Assembly (NCBI GenBank): GCA_016700335.1
Contig: CP065014.1
Span: 2,374,534-2,438,533, forward strand
Length of the DNA stretch: 64,000 nt
Reading direction: 5' to 3'
DNA from: Chlorobiota bacterium
Lineage (GTDB): Bacteria; Bacteroidota; Ignavibacteria; OLB7
The notes beneath the pieces were generated by a model, which saw only the letters and a list, made by a program, of their open reading frames with translations, made no database searches and was not told the origin of the DNA. Of this stretch, positions 30,305-40,600 are shown piece by piece. How positions within the stretch are numbered: the stretch's first letter is position 1; the number at the start of each line of letters is the position of its first letter. The position numbers were made by a program, and so were the translations under genes.

Positions 30305-32587
30305 ATGTCAAAAGAAAATCATTCTATATTAAATCGTGATAATTTTAGTACAGAATCTAATCCTTTTTTAACCGAAGAGTATAAAAATGAATGTTTAGAT
30401 AGATTACTTAATTCATGCAAAGCACATTTCAAAATTTTTGATTCAGATTTAATTAAAAGAGCATTTTATTTATGTTATGATGCTCACAAAAAAATGATAC
30501 GAGCTTCTGGAGAACCTTACTGGACTCATCCTTGGAATGTTGCAATGATTGTTGCTCAAGAAATTACTATTGATGATGTTTCTGTTGCAGCAGCATTATT
30601 ACATGATGTTGTAGAAGATACTAATTTTACAATTGAAGATATAAAAGAGGAATTTGGTTTTGAAATTGCAGAAATTGTTGATGGTGTTACAAAAATTGGA
30701 GGTGTATTTCATAGTTATGAAGTTTCACAAGCAGCTAGTTACAGAAAGTTACTCTTATCTATGGTAAATGATGTAAGAGTTATATTGGTAAAGTTTGCTG
30801 ATAGACTTCATAATATTAGAACATTATCATTTTTACCTATTAATAAACAAATCAGAATTGCAAAGGAAACCTTAGAAATTTATGCTCCATTTGCAAATAG
30901 ATTTGGTTTAGCAAAACTAAAATGGGAACTTGAAGATTTATCATTTAAGTATATAAACCCTGATGCTTATAATCAAATAAAAAATGGATTAAAAATAAAG
31001 CGAGAAGAACGTGAAAACTATATAAATTCTTCACTAGATTTACTTAAATCTAGATTAGATAAAGAAGGTTTTACATACCAAATTGCAGGTAGACCAAAAC
31101 ATATTTATTCAATATATAATAAAATGAGAATCCAAGGAAAAGATATTGATGAAATACATGATTTATTTGCATTAAGAATTATTTTAGATACTATAAGTCC
31201 TAATGATTGTTTTACTGTATATGGAATTATTTCTGAGGTTTTCACTCCTGTCCCTGAAAAGTTTAAAAACTATATATCAGTACCTAAGAAAAATGGGTAT
31301 CAATCTATCCATACAACTGTTATTGGTCCTAACGGTAAGCAAGTGGAAATTCAAATTAGAACTAAAAAGATGCATGAAATTGCAGAACGAGGAGTTGCTG
31401 CTCATTTTCTTTACAAAGAATCAACTGATGCAGTTCGTAATCCATTGATAAGTATTGATAAACAGATGGAGGATTGGGTTTCTTGGATGAGAGATGTATT
31501 TGATAAAGCAGGCTCAACAAACGCTTCACAAGAAGTTATTGAAAGTTTTAAAATGAATTTATTTCAAGATGAAATTTATGTTTTTACACCAAAAGGAGAA
31601 TTAAGAATATTACCAAAAGGATCAACTCCAATTGATTTCGCTTTTGAGATACATTCTGCTGTTGGGCTTCATTGTATAGGAGCAAAAGTTTCAGGTAGAA
31701 TTGTTCCTTTGAATTCAGAATTAAAATCTGGAGATCAAATTGAAATATTAACTTCAAAAAATCAAACCCCTAGTTTAGATTGGGAAAAATTTGCATTTAC
31801 TCATAAAGCTCAAAATTCTATTCGCAAATTTTTCAATGAATCTAAAAGATTAAAAATAAAAATTGGTAAAGATGCTTGGCAAAAGATATGTAAAAAAGAA
31901 AAATTTCATATAAATGATGATGACTTAGAAAACATTTGTTTAGCTTTAAAATATAGTAATACAAATGAAATGTTTTTTGAGATTGCAAACGAAATAATTA
32001 CATCTGAAAAAGCTTTAACTTTAATTAAGGAAAAACTAAAACCTTATGTTATACTAAATCAGTCAGAAGATCAATCTTCTGAAATTATTCATTATGATAA
32101 GTTTATTAAAGAAGCTAGATTTTCAAATGGAATTATTGTGAATGGCGATGTTAAAGGGTTGAATTATTCTTACGCAAGATGCTGTAACCCAATTCCTGGT
32201 GATTTAGTAATGGGTGTCATTTCTTCTGGAAAAGGAGTAATAGTTCATCGTTCAAATTGTAATAACATTATTTCTTTACTTCAAAAACCAAAAATTAGAA
32301 ATCAAATAGTTGACGTAAATTGGGATACTAATAACAGCATTGAATTTTTATCTGGAATTAGAGTATCAGGTCTAGATCGAGCTGGTATTTTAAATGATGT
32401 TACACATGCAATTTTAACATGTGATAATACTAACATTAGAAGTGTAAACATATATTCTAAAGATTCCATTTTTGAAGGTTATGTTACTCTAATTGTAAAA
32501 GATTTACCTCATTTGTTAAAACTAATGGAGCGATTAAGAAAGATAAGAAATGTTAAATTAGTTGAGAGATTTGAACAATTGACTTAA
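30305..32587 (+). CDS. spoT: Bifunctional (p)ppGpp synthetase/hydrolase (RelA/SpoT family)
   Basis: The 760-aa product has an HD hydrolase domain (HPWNVAMIVA...LLHDVVEDT), a synthetase domain (RPKHIYSIYNKM, SIHTTVIGPNGKQVEIQIRT), and TGS and ACT domains. Confidence 0.9.
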   Translation: MSKENHSILNRDNFSTESNPFLTEEYKNECLDRLLNSCKAHFKIFDSDLIKRAFYLCYDAHKKMIRASGEPYWTHPWNVAMIVAQEITIDDVSVAAALLHDVVEDTNFTIEDIKEEFGFEIAEIVDGVTKIGGVFHSYEVSQAASYRKLLLSMVNDVRVILVKFADRLHNIRTLSFLPINKQIRIAKETLEIYAPFANRFGLAKLKWELEDLSFKYINPDAYNQIKNGLKIKREERENYINSSLDLLKSRLDKEGFTYQIAGRPKHIYSIYNKMRIQGKDIDEIHDLFALRIILDTISPNDCFTVYGIISEVFTPVPEKFKNYISVPKKNGYQSIHTTVIGPNGKQVEIQIRTKKMHEIAERGVAAHFLYKESTDAVRNPLISIDKQMEDWVSWMRDVFDKAGSTNASQEVIESFKMNLFQDEIYVFTPKGELRILPKGSTPIDFAFEIHSAVGLHCIGAKVSGRIVPLNSELKSGDQIEILTSKNQTPSLDWEKFAFTHKAQNSIRKFFNESKRLKIKIGKDAWQKICKKEKFHINDDDLENICLALKYSNTNEMFFEIANEIITSEKALTLIKEKLKPYVILNQSEDQSSEIIHYDKFIKEARFSNGIIVNGDVKGLNYSYARCCNPIPGDLVMGVISSGKGVIVHRSNCNNIISLLQKPKIRNQIVDVNWDTNNSIEFLSGIRVSGLDRAGILNDVTHAILTCDNTNIRSVNIYSKDSIFEGYVTLIVKDLPHLLKLMERLRKIRNVKLVERFEQLT

Positions 32588-32600
32588 GTACTAAACAGTA

Positions 32601-32636
32601 AAAAGGCGATTATTTTAAAAATAATCGCCTTTTTTA
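32601..32636. terminator. Bidirectional Rho-independent terminator
   Basis: In aaaaaggcgattatt-ttaaaa-aataatcgccttttttt, the stem is flanked by A- and T-runs. It lies between the convergent spoT and ompA-like genes. Confidence 0.75.
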
Positions 32637-32656
32637 AATCAAAATTTATTTATGTC

Positions 32657-34510
32657 TTAATCACATCCTTGAACTGACTCTGCCTCAATACGGCGATTCT
32701 GTTTGCGGATATTTTCTAAATCATCTTTTTGAGATTGAGACATTTTAGCTTCTGCTTTTGGATTAGGTGTAGGTTCTTGAACCGCTGGTTTTGAACTTCC
32801 CATACCGATTGCAGAAACTATTCTACTTGAAGGAATTCCTTTAGAAATCATATAATCACGAACTCTTTTTGCACGACCATCAGATAAAGTTTTATTTTTA
32901 GCTGGATTACCTTCTTTAGAAGCATGACCCGTTAAATTTACTTTTACTTGTTCGCAAGCATTTAAAAATTTGTATAATTTATCTAAATCTCTTGATGTTC
33001 CTTCATATCCAAAATCAATTTCAGTACTATTTTTTTGGAAACGAATGTCAGCTAAACTAAGTTTTTCTCCTTTTCTAACTGGTTTACATCCTTTTGCTGA
33101 TGCAGACCCTGGTTCTAATGGACATTTATCTACATCATCTTGAACTCCATCACCATCTGTATCTTTTTTAGTTGGATCTGTTTTGAAACTTCCATTTGGA
33201 TGATTTCCATTTACTTCATCTCCATCTTTTAAATTATCTCCATCAGTATCTTTATTTGTTGGATCTGTGTTATAAGTTTTAACTTCATCTCCATCTTTCA
33301 ATCCGTCTCCATCAGTATCAGGATTTTTAGGATCAGTTTTGTATCTTGTAACTTCATCTCCATCTTGAAGACCATCACCATCTGTATCAACATTTAAAGG
33401 ATTTGTACGATATTGATTAACTTCATCTCCATCTTTTAATCCATCTCCATCTGTATCAGGTTTTAATGGATCAGTTTTGATATTGTTAACTTCATCTCCA
33501 TCTTTTAATCCATCTCCATCTGTATCAGGATTTTTAGGGTCAGTTTTAGTTGAATTAACCTCTTGACCATCCTTTAAACCATCACCATCTGTATCAGGAT
33601 TACGTGGATTAGTTTTGTAGATTTTAATTTCTTGCTCATTTGTTAAGCCATCTTTATCCCAATCATTATCTTCTGGTTCTCCTTCACCAAGAGCAAATTT
33701 TAATGCTGCTCCAACTCTAATTGAATTATTAGAAAAGTTGAATGCAGATGAATTTGGTAAATCATATGAGTTACCACCTGAAAATTTTGTTAAAGGATAG
33801 ATATAACTTGCTTCTGGAGCAAACACTAAAGATGTTCCTAATGGAATATCATAACTTAAACCAACTTGAAGAGCCGCAAATAATGATTGAGGATCTGGTA
33901 TTTCTCGATCATCAAATTTATTTCTAGTTTTACTTCCGTCTGAGAATGTAAAACCCTCTGTTAACATATCTTCTTGTTGACTAAATTTCTTCGTCATAAT
34001 AAAAGAAAATACAGGACCAAGATTAATATCAAGACCTGCTCCTTGAATTGGACGTAAAGAAAGTAATGGCTCAATACCTATAACACCAATGTTTGAACTG
34101 AATTTGTGTCTGGTATTAAGTTGTACTAGGTTATTATTTAAAACTTGTTGACCAATACGTTCATCAACTGATGTTTCAGCTCCTAATTGAGCATATCCTA
34201 ATCTGAATTGAATTGCAATTGCTTCAGACATTGGAGCTTCATACAAACCACCAAGTGCAATACCATTTCCTTTAGCTTCAGTGAAACCAGGTGAACAGTT
34301 AGGACAATCAGGTGTTAATTGTTTGAAATTTAACGTATGATTGTTCATATTTAAGTTACCATAAACACCTAACATAGCGCGTCTTTTGGTCCCTTCTTCT
34401 TCCATTTCGGTCTGGGAAAAAGCTTTATGAATGCTTACTTGAGTAAGTAAAGCAATCATTAATAAGCTCCCTGCGATTTTTGTGAAACGTTTAACCATTT
34501 TTTGTTTCAA
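32657..34510 (-). CDS. OmpA-family outer-membrane protein with thrombospondin type 3 (TSP3) repeats
   Basis: The product has a signal peptide and an N-terminal beta-barrel region. It carries about nine DTDGDGLKDGDEV calcium-binding TSP3 repeats and a C-terminal OmpA domain (NLTGHASKEGNPAKNKTLSDGRAKRVRDYM). Confidence 0.85.
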   Translation of the reverse strand: MKQKMVKRFTKIAGSLLMIALLTQVSIHKAFSQTEMEEEGTKRRAMLGVYGNLNMNNHTLNFKQLTPDCPNCSPGFTEAKGNGIALGGLYEAPMSEAIAIQFRLGYAQLGAETSVDERIGQQVLNNNLVQLNTRHKFSSNIGVIGIEPLLSLRPIQGAGLDINLGPVFSFIMTKKFSQQEDMLTEGFTFSDGSKTRNKFDDREIPDPQSLFAALQVGLSYDIPLGTSLVFAPEASYIYPLTKFSGGNSYDLPNSSAFNFSNNSIRVGAALKFALGEGEPEDNDWDKDGLTNEQEIKIYKTNPRNPDTDGDGLKDGQEVNSTKTDPKNPDTDGDGLKDGDEVNNIKTDPLKPDTDGDGLKDGDEVNQYRTNPLNVDTDGDGLQDGDEVTRYKTDPKNPDTDGDGLKDGDEVKTYNTDPTNKDTDGDNLKDGDEVNGNHPNGSFKTDPTKKDTDGDGVQDDVDKCPLEPGSASAKGCKPVRKGEKLSLADIRFQKNSTEIDFGYEGTSRDLDKLYKFLNACEQVKVNLTGHASKEGNPAKNKTLSDGRAKRVRDYMISKGIPSSRIVSAIGMGSSKPAVQEPTPNPKAEAKMSQSQKDDLENIRKQNRRIEAESVQGCD

Positions 34511-34606
34511 TTTAAATAAATTGACGTTGATTATTATATTAATTATTATTATTCGTTGTTATTCATTGAGGATTCGATGCAAATCGAACCCTCTTTGAAG
34601 TTTCGA

Positions 34607-37600
34607 TTATTTTACTATGATGACCAACTGACGATCTATAACGCCATCACATTCTAATGTAAGCATATAAATTCCACTTGCAAAATACTTACTTGAAACA
34701 TCTAACATAGTCTCTTTTTCAATTAACCCAGCTACAGCATTTCCATTTTTAGCAGCTTCAAATTGAGTTAAAACTAAGTTACCATTCATGTCATAAAGTT
34801 TCAATTTAGCATCTTTACTATCATCTAATAAATACTTTACTAACATTGTTGATGAAACTGGATTTGGAGAAATTTTTGTTACTCCACCCTTAAATGGATC
34901 TGTACCTCTTAAACCACCAAGTTTACAGAATCCTTTAACTTTAAATGAACCATCAAACAATCCAGTTGTAATTACTTTTCCACCCTTAGATGGAACATTC
35001 CATTTAATACTTTCCTTCACAAATCTTACTGGTGTTACAGAATCATTTCCTAATAACACATTCATAGGAATTGATTTCAAAGTTCCACTTGCAAGAACAG
35101 GAGAAACTGTTAATGGTAACTGAGCCCAAGTTAGACCTAAAGCATCTTTCTTGTATGAAACCTGTGAAAGTAACGCTGGATCTTGAGGTGCAAGCATTGT
35201 TGCGTTATATTCAATTGTAAAACTAAGCGAAGATACTTCACTTTCTATTATTTTGGTTGGTACTCCATTGTAAGAAATTGTTACGAAGTTAGGATTTGTT
35301 TGTTTAACATCTCCTGTCGAATTATTAATTTCTAATGCAGCGTATGCTACTCTTTCGTCTCCAGTTCCTTGTAATACTATTCTTGCAGAAGCAGGACATG
35401 TAGCATCTGCACTTATTACTATAGAATCTTTAGATGTTCCTGGAGTTCCAACATATTTAACTTTAAGTACTATTTCTTCACCTGGTAATAATGTCTTAGG
35501 TAATGCAGGTATTCCAGATACAATTGTAAATGGTGTTGTTGATGCTGGTCCTCTAAAGTTATTAATTATAGCATTTGTATTTCCACCATTACGGAAACTA
35601 ACACTAACTTCTTTAAACGATACTGAATCAACTAATACTGCTCCAAAATCAACTTGACTTGCAGAAGATGTTAAAATTGTTTTGTTAACAACTAACTTAG
35701 CTGTAGCACTTGCAATTTCATTTCCACAATCACCTTTAACATTACAACTATAATCTCCTGACTCATTTGAAGTCAAATTACTCAAACTATAAGTATTTGA
35801 ATTTGCTCCTGAAATCACTTGACCATTTTTTAACCATTGGTATTTTATGTTTGCTCCAGTTGCTGTAACACTAAATGATGCAGATCCACCTTCACAAATA
35901 ATTTGACTTGTTGGTTGTGTTGAAATTGCAGCTACTGAACCAACTATTACTGTTGCAGTTGTAGTTGTTTGTGTTTGACCACAATCATCAGTAACATCAC
36001 ATGAGTATGTTCCAGCTTCACCAGAACCACTTATATTCGTTGAGTAAGATGATTTAGTTTCACCTGGTAATGCTGTTCCATTCTTTTTCCATTGGTATTT
36101 CAAATTCTTACCTCCAGATACTGTTACTGAGAATGAAATACTACCTCCTGGACAAACATTCTGAGTTCCTGTTGGTTGAGATGTAATTGTAAATGGTTTA
36201 GAAATAGAAAGTTTAGCTGTTAAAGGACCAGATCCAGTAATTGCACAAGCTCCTGTAACTTCTACTGTGTAGAAACCAGCATCTGCTTCTGAAACTGAAG
36301 TTATACTTAAATCAGCTTTATTTTCACCAGGTATATTTACACCATTTTTCTTCCATTGATATGTAATACCAGAGCCAGTTGCTTTAACTGAGAACTTAGC
36401 TGGATTACCAACACATAATTCTAAGTCTTTTGGACCTTCAGTTATTGCACCACCATCTTTAACAGTTATAACACATTCTTTACTTGCCACATCTGGTTTA
36501 CAACCACCTTTAATTGTTACTTTAATTTTAGCATTATTATCTGCTTTAGTAACATTAAATTTATAAGATGATGTAGTTTGACCTACTATCACAGTTCCAT
36601 TTTTTGTCCATTCATATGCTAATCCACCTCCAGTAGCAGTTACATCTAATTGAGCTGCGGTATTATCACATGCATCTAATGTAGCTGGTAAATCTAAAGT
36701 TATTATTGGAGATTTATTTACAGTTAATACAGCTGACACAGTTGTTGAAGGTGGACATTGTCCCATTACTTCAACTGAATATGTTCCTGCATCTGTATCT
36801 ACAACATTACTTAGATTTAACATGTTAGTATTAGCACCTGTTATTGCAACGCCATTTTTCTTCCATTGGAAATTCAAACCTCCACCTTTAGCTTCAACAC
36901 TAAATGATGCATTATCTCCAGCACATGCAATAGCATCAATAGGAGATGTAGTTACTACTGGAGCAGTATTAACAACTAAATAAGCATCAACAGAAACTAC
37001 TGATGCAAAAGCACAAGGTGTTCTTACTTCACAGCTATAATCACCTGCATCAGATGCAGCAACTGAATTAATTGTATAAATTGTATCGTTTGCACCTGGA
37101 ATAATTTGGTTATTCCTTCTCCATTGATAACTATATGTTCCATTATTAAACCATTCTCTTGTACCAAACACTCCAATAGAGAAAGATACATTGCTTCCTG
37201 CACACATTGTTCTATTTAGTGGCTGACGTGTAATTCTTGGTAATGGTAGAACTTTTAATAGAAGTTCTTGAGCAAAATTAACTTTAGTTGAACAAGGTCC
37301 ATTTGAAAAATAATTTGCACGATACTTTGTTGTATCATCTAATCTTAAATTATTAATTCTCATTTTAAACACTGTTGTTGGAGGCACTGGTAATGGATTT
37401 ACAGTTTGATTAGAACTTAAATCATAATGATTACCTAATAAATTACTATGAACAACAGTATCTCTATTAGTTGATGAACTTAGGAAATAATTAGAAGATC
37501 CAATTGTTGTCCAAGTAATTCCATCTCTTTCTAGTTTTTGCCAAATAACACCTGGGTTATCACCGTTTAATGTAACAGATAAGTCACCATTTTCTGTTTC

Positions 37601-40600
37601 GCAAGGTGAAGAATTCACAGCATTTACGCCACCATTAACTGCCAATGAAACTGGTTGTTTCATTTTAACGTTAACATAAATTCTTGTTGGAGGAACTGGA
37701 GTACAAGCACTAAGTACTGGAGCACAAGCCGAACCAACTGGTCTAATTAAATCTAAATAATATAAACCACCATCAGCTAAAGTTGTTACTCCTAAAGGTC
37801 CAGTACCAGGAATTGGTAAAGCAGCTGGTAATGTATGGAATCCTGTTGTTGGAATTGTATATGCAAAATTATTTACTCCATTCATTGTTCCTGAGTTTAC
37901 CAAAGCATTTAATGGACCTCTCCATTCATAATTTAATATATTTAATGCATTATTTCCACCAGCACCCAAAGCTCTAATGTTTGTTGATATAGCATTGCCT
38001 AAAGCATCAGTTGTATTATAGTTACCACTGAAAGTATTACCAGTTGTACCTATACAAACTTCAGTATTGATAACAGGATATGTAACTCCACCAACTAAAA
38101 CTGTGTTTTGTGGAAGTCTATCAGCATACATAGGTCTTTGAACCAAAGTAAATCCTGATGGATTTCCATTAGCCCCATTATATCCAATACGACCATCATT
38201 TCCTTGAATTATATTAAAATTGGCAAATGTTCCTCCTGTTGGTAAAGGAGATCCAGGTGACACAATATTTTGTGTATTATCACTAGTATCAGCCACTGTA
38301 GTTTGAGGATATGGACGAATATCTGTTTGAGTTACTTTCCATCTATAGCCACTTAAATAATCTACTCCGTTTGAACCAGTTGGTAAAATATTTGATGGCA
38401 ATTGAGGAACAGTAAACCCGTAATAATAACTTTCAACACCATTTATTGTACCTGCAACAGCAATACCTTGATCATTTAATGAACCTGCACCAACTGCAGC
38501 TATACCTGGACGCATTTGATCTTGATTCCATTCCCAATTACTATTAATTAAAGGATTTGTAATATCATAAGGTATTAAACCAGCAGGTAATCCAGGACCT
38601 GGCTCTGGGGGACGAGTAATATAAAGATCATTAAATAATGGATTATCACTTACAGCATAAGTTGTAAAAGCACCAGCACATCCAACACTTCCTGGAGCTA
38701 CAAATGTTCTTGGGTTTCCAGTTGGAAGATTTTGATCTGAGCTCCAAACTGGACTCAATGCTGAGTTTAATAATTCAATTTTAACGCTTTTAACACAACC
38801 AGATGTTGCAAAACTTACAGTATGAGCTTGTCCAATACATACATTTGTATTACCAACATCTGCTACTGCTATTTCTGATGGTTGCATTTTTAATACATAT
38901 GCATCATCAAAGTTAGGTGTAGAAGTAGGTGGATAGTTTGAACTAGAAGGGAAACCATAAGAATCACCAAATGCATCAAATACTGGATAAGGAGCATTAG
39001 TATATACCGGAATTGTGTAGACGCCTCCAACTCCTGTATTTGCAACCCTACCACCAACAATATATACATTTCTAGCATCATCTAAGTCCATACCACCGCC
39101 ATTTTGTGCGGTAAATTCTCCCATTTGATTTGCACCATTTGAGTTTAATCCTAAATTCCAAATAGTGTTTCTAACTCTTGGGAACTGGCCAGGAGGAATA
39201 GCTGAAGCTGTTGTTGCTCCAAATCCTGCGTTAGCTACTAATGCGTTTGAAGAAGCCATTAATCTTGAATAACATAACGTATCTAGTCTTGGAGAAAATT
39301 TACATACGAACATATTGTAAGCAGTATATAAATTTATTCTGACAGGTATTCTTGATTGAGGGAAACTTGAACTAGAAGTATTACCAACTACATAAACATA
39401 TCCAGCGTCATCAACATCAATTGCAACACCCCATTCAGTATTTTGGTTTCCACCAATATATGTTGAATACGGGAATTGATTACCATTTGTTTGAGATGGG
39501 TCTACATAAGTAACAAAAGCTTCACCATTTCCTTGACATCTAGTATCTGCCGCTCTATTAGAAATAGGGAATGAATTACGATAGTTTATACCATTATAAG
39601 CTGGGTTAAACTGTGTTGAACCTGCTCCATAAAAAGCTAAACCAGTAGAAGGATCAATTACACCTGCATTATTACTGTAAGTAACACCTGTAATATATAC
39701 ACCTCCTTGTGGAGCTAATGCTAAATCCCAAGCTTCATCATTATCTACTGCTGTGAAATTTGGTGTACTTATCATTGTTCCATACTCCATTTGGCCTCCG
39801 CCTGTATTTGCAGTATTTAACTGTAATAAAAAAGCATCTTCTTGATTAGCTGCATAAGCACCAGCAGGTGAACCACTCCAAGAAGTTGGAAATTGATCAG
39901 CAATTGTTGTACCTAATGTTGTTCTTAAAAAAGGAGCAATTGTTGTTCCTGTAATAAACACAGATTGATTAGGTCCAACTTTAATTGCAGAAACATTATC
40001 TACATAATCAACATATTGACCACTTACGGTTGGTATATCTCCTGCTCCACCGAAATAAGAACCATACAACAATTGAGAACTTCCATTAACAGCTGGGTTT
40101 AGCCTAGCTACGAATCCATCAGTTACATTGTAAAAACCATTTATATTTCCACCTTGAACTTGCGAAGGTAATGTTGGTGCAGTATATCTTGGTGCTGGTT
40201 GGAATGCAACCATTGCAGATCCGAATGTTGGGAAATAATTTGTTGCTGTACCTAAAGCTGGAGGTGCAGTTTGAACTGCTGGTAAAGTAGGTAAAACACC
40301 ACCAGAAAATGGAGGTAAATTCACACCCCATTTAAAGATTGTTTGACCACAAATATAGATTTGTCCTCCATCAACATCAATATCAAAAGCTCCATCTTGA
40401 GTATAACTTCCACCTAAATAAGTAGAATATATGATATTCGTACCTAAAGAATTTAATCCTGTTACGAATGCATCACAATACCCTGGTGTAGCATTAAAGT
40501 TCTGATAAGAAGCGTTTAAATTTTGTGACCCCATATTGTATGGGTTTAAATTCCTATTAGGAGATGGTTGAATTGCACCTAATGATGTAGGCAATGTATT

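Noticed and set aside
34560-34606. A small hairpin (ttcgatgcaaatcgaa) downstream of the 2421-aa gene, considered as a terminator
   Set aside because: The stem is only 6 bp, alternative pairings exist, and there is no convincing U-tract on the relevant strand.
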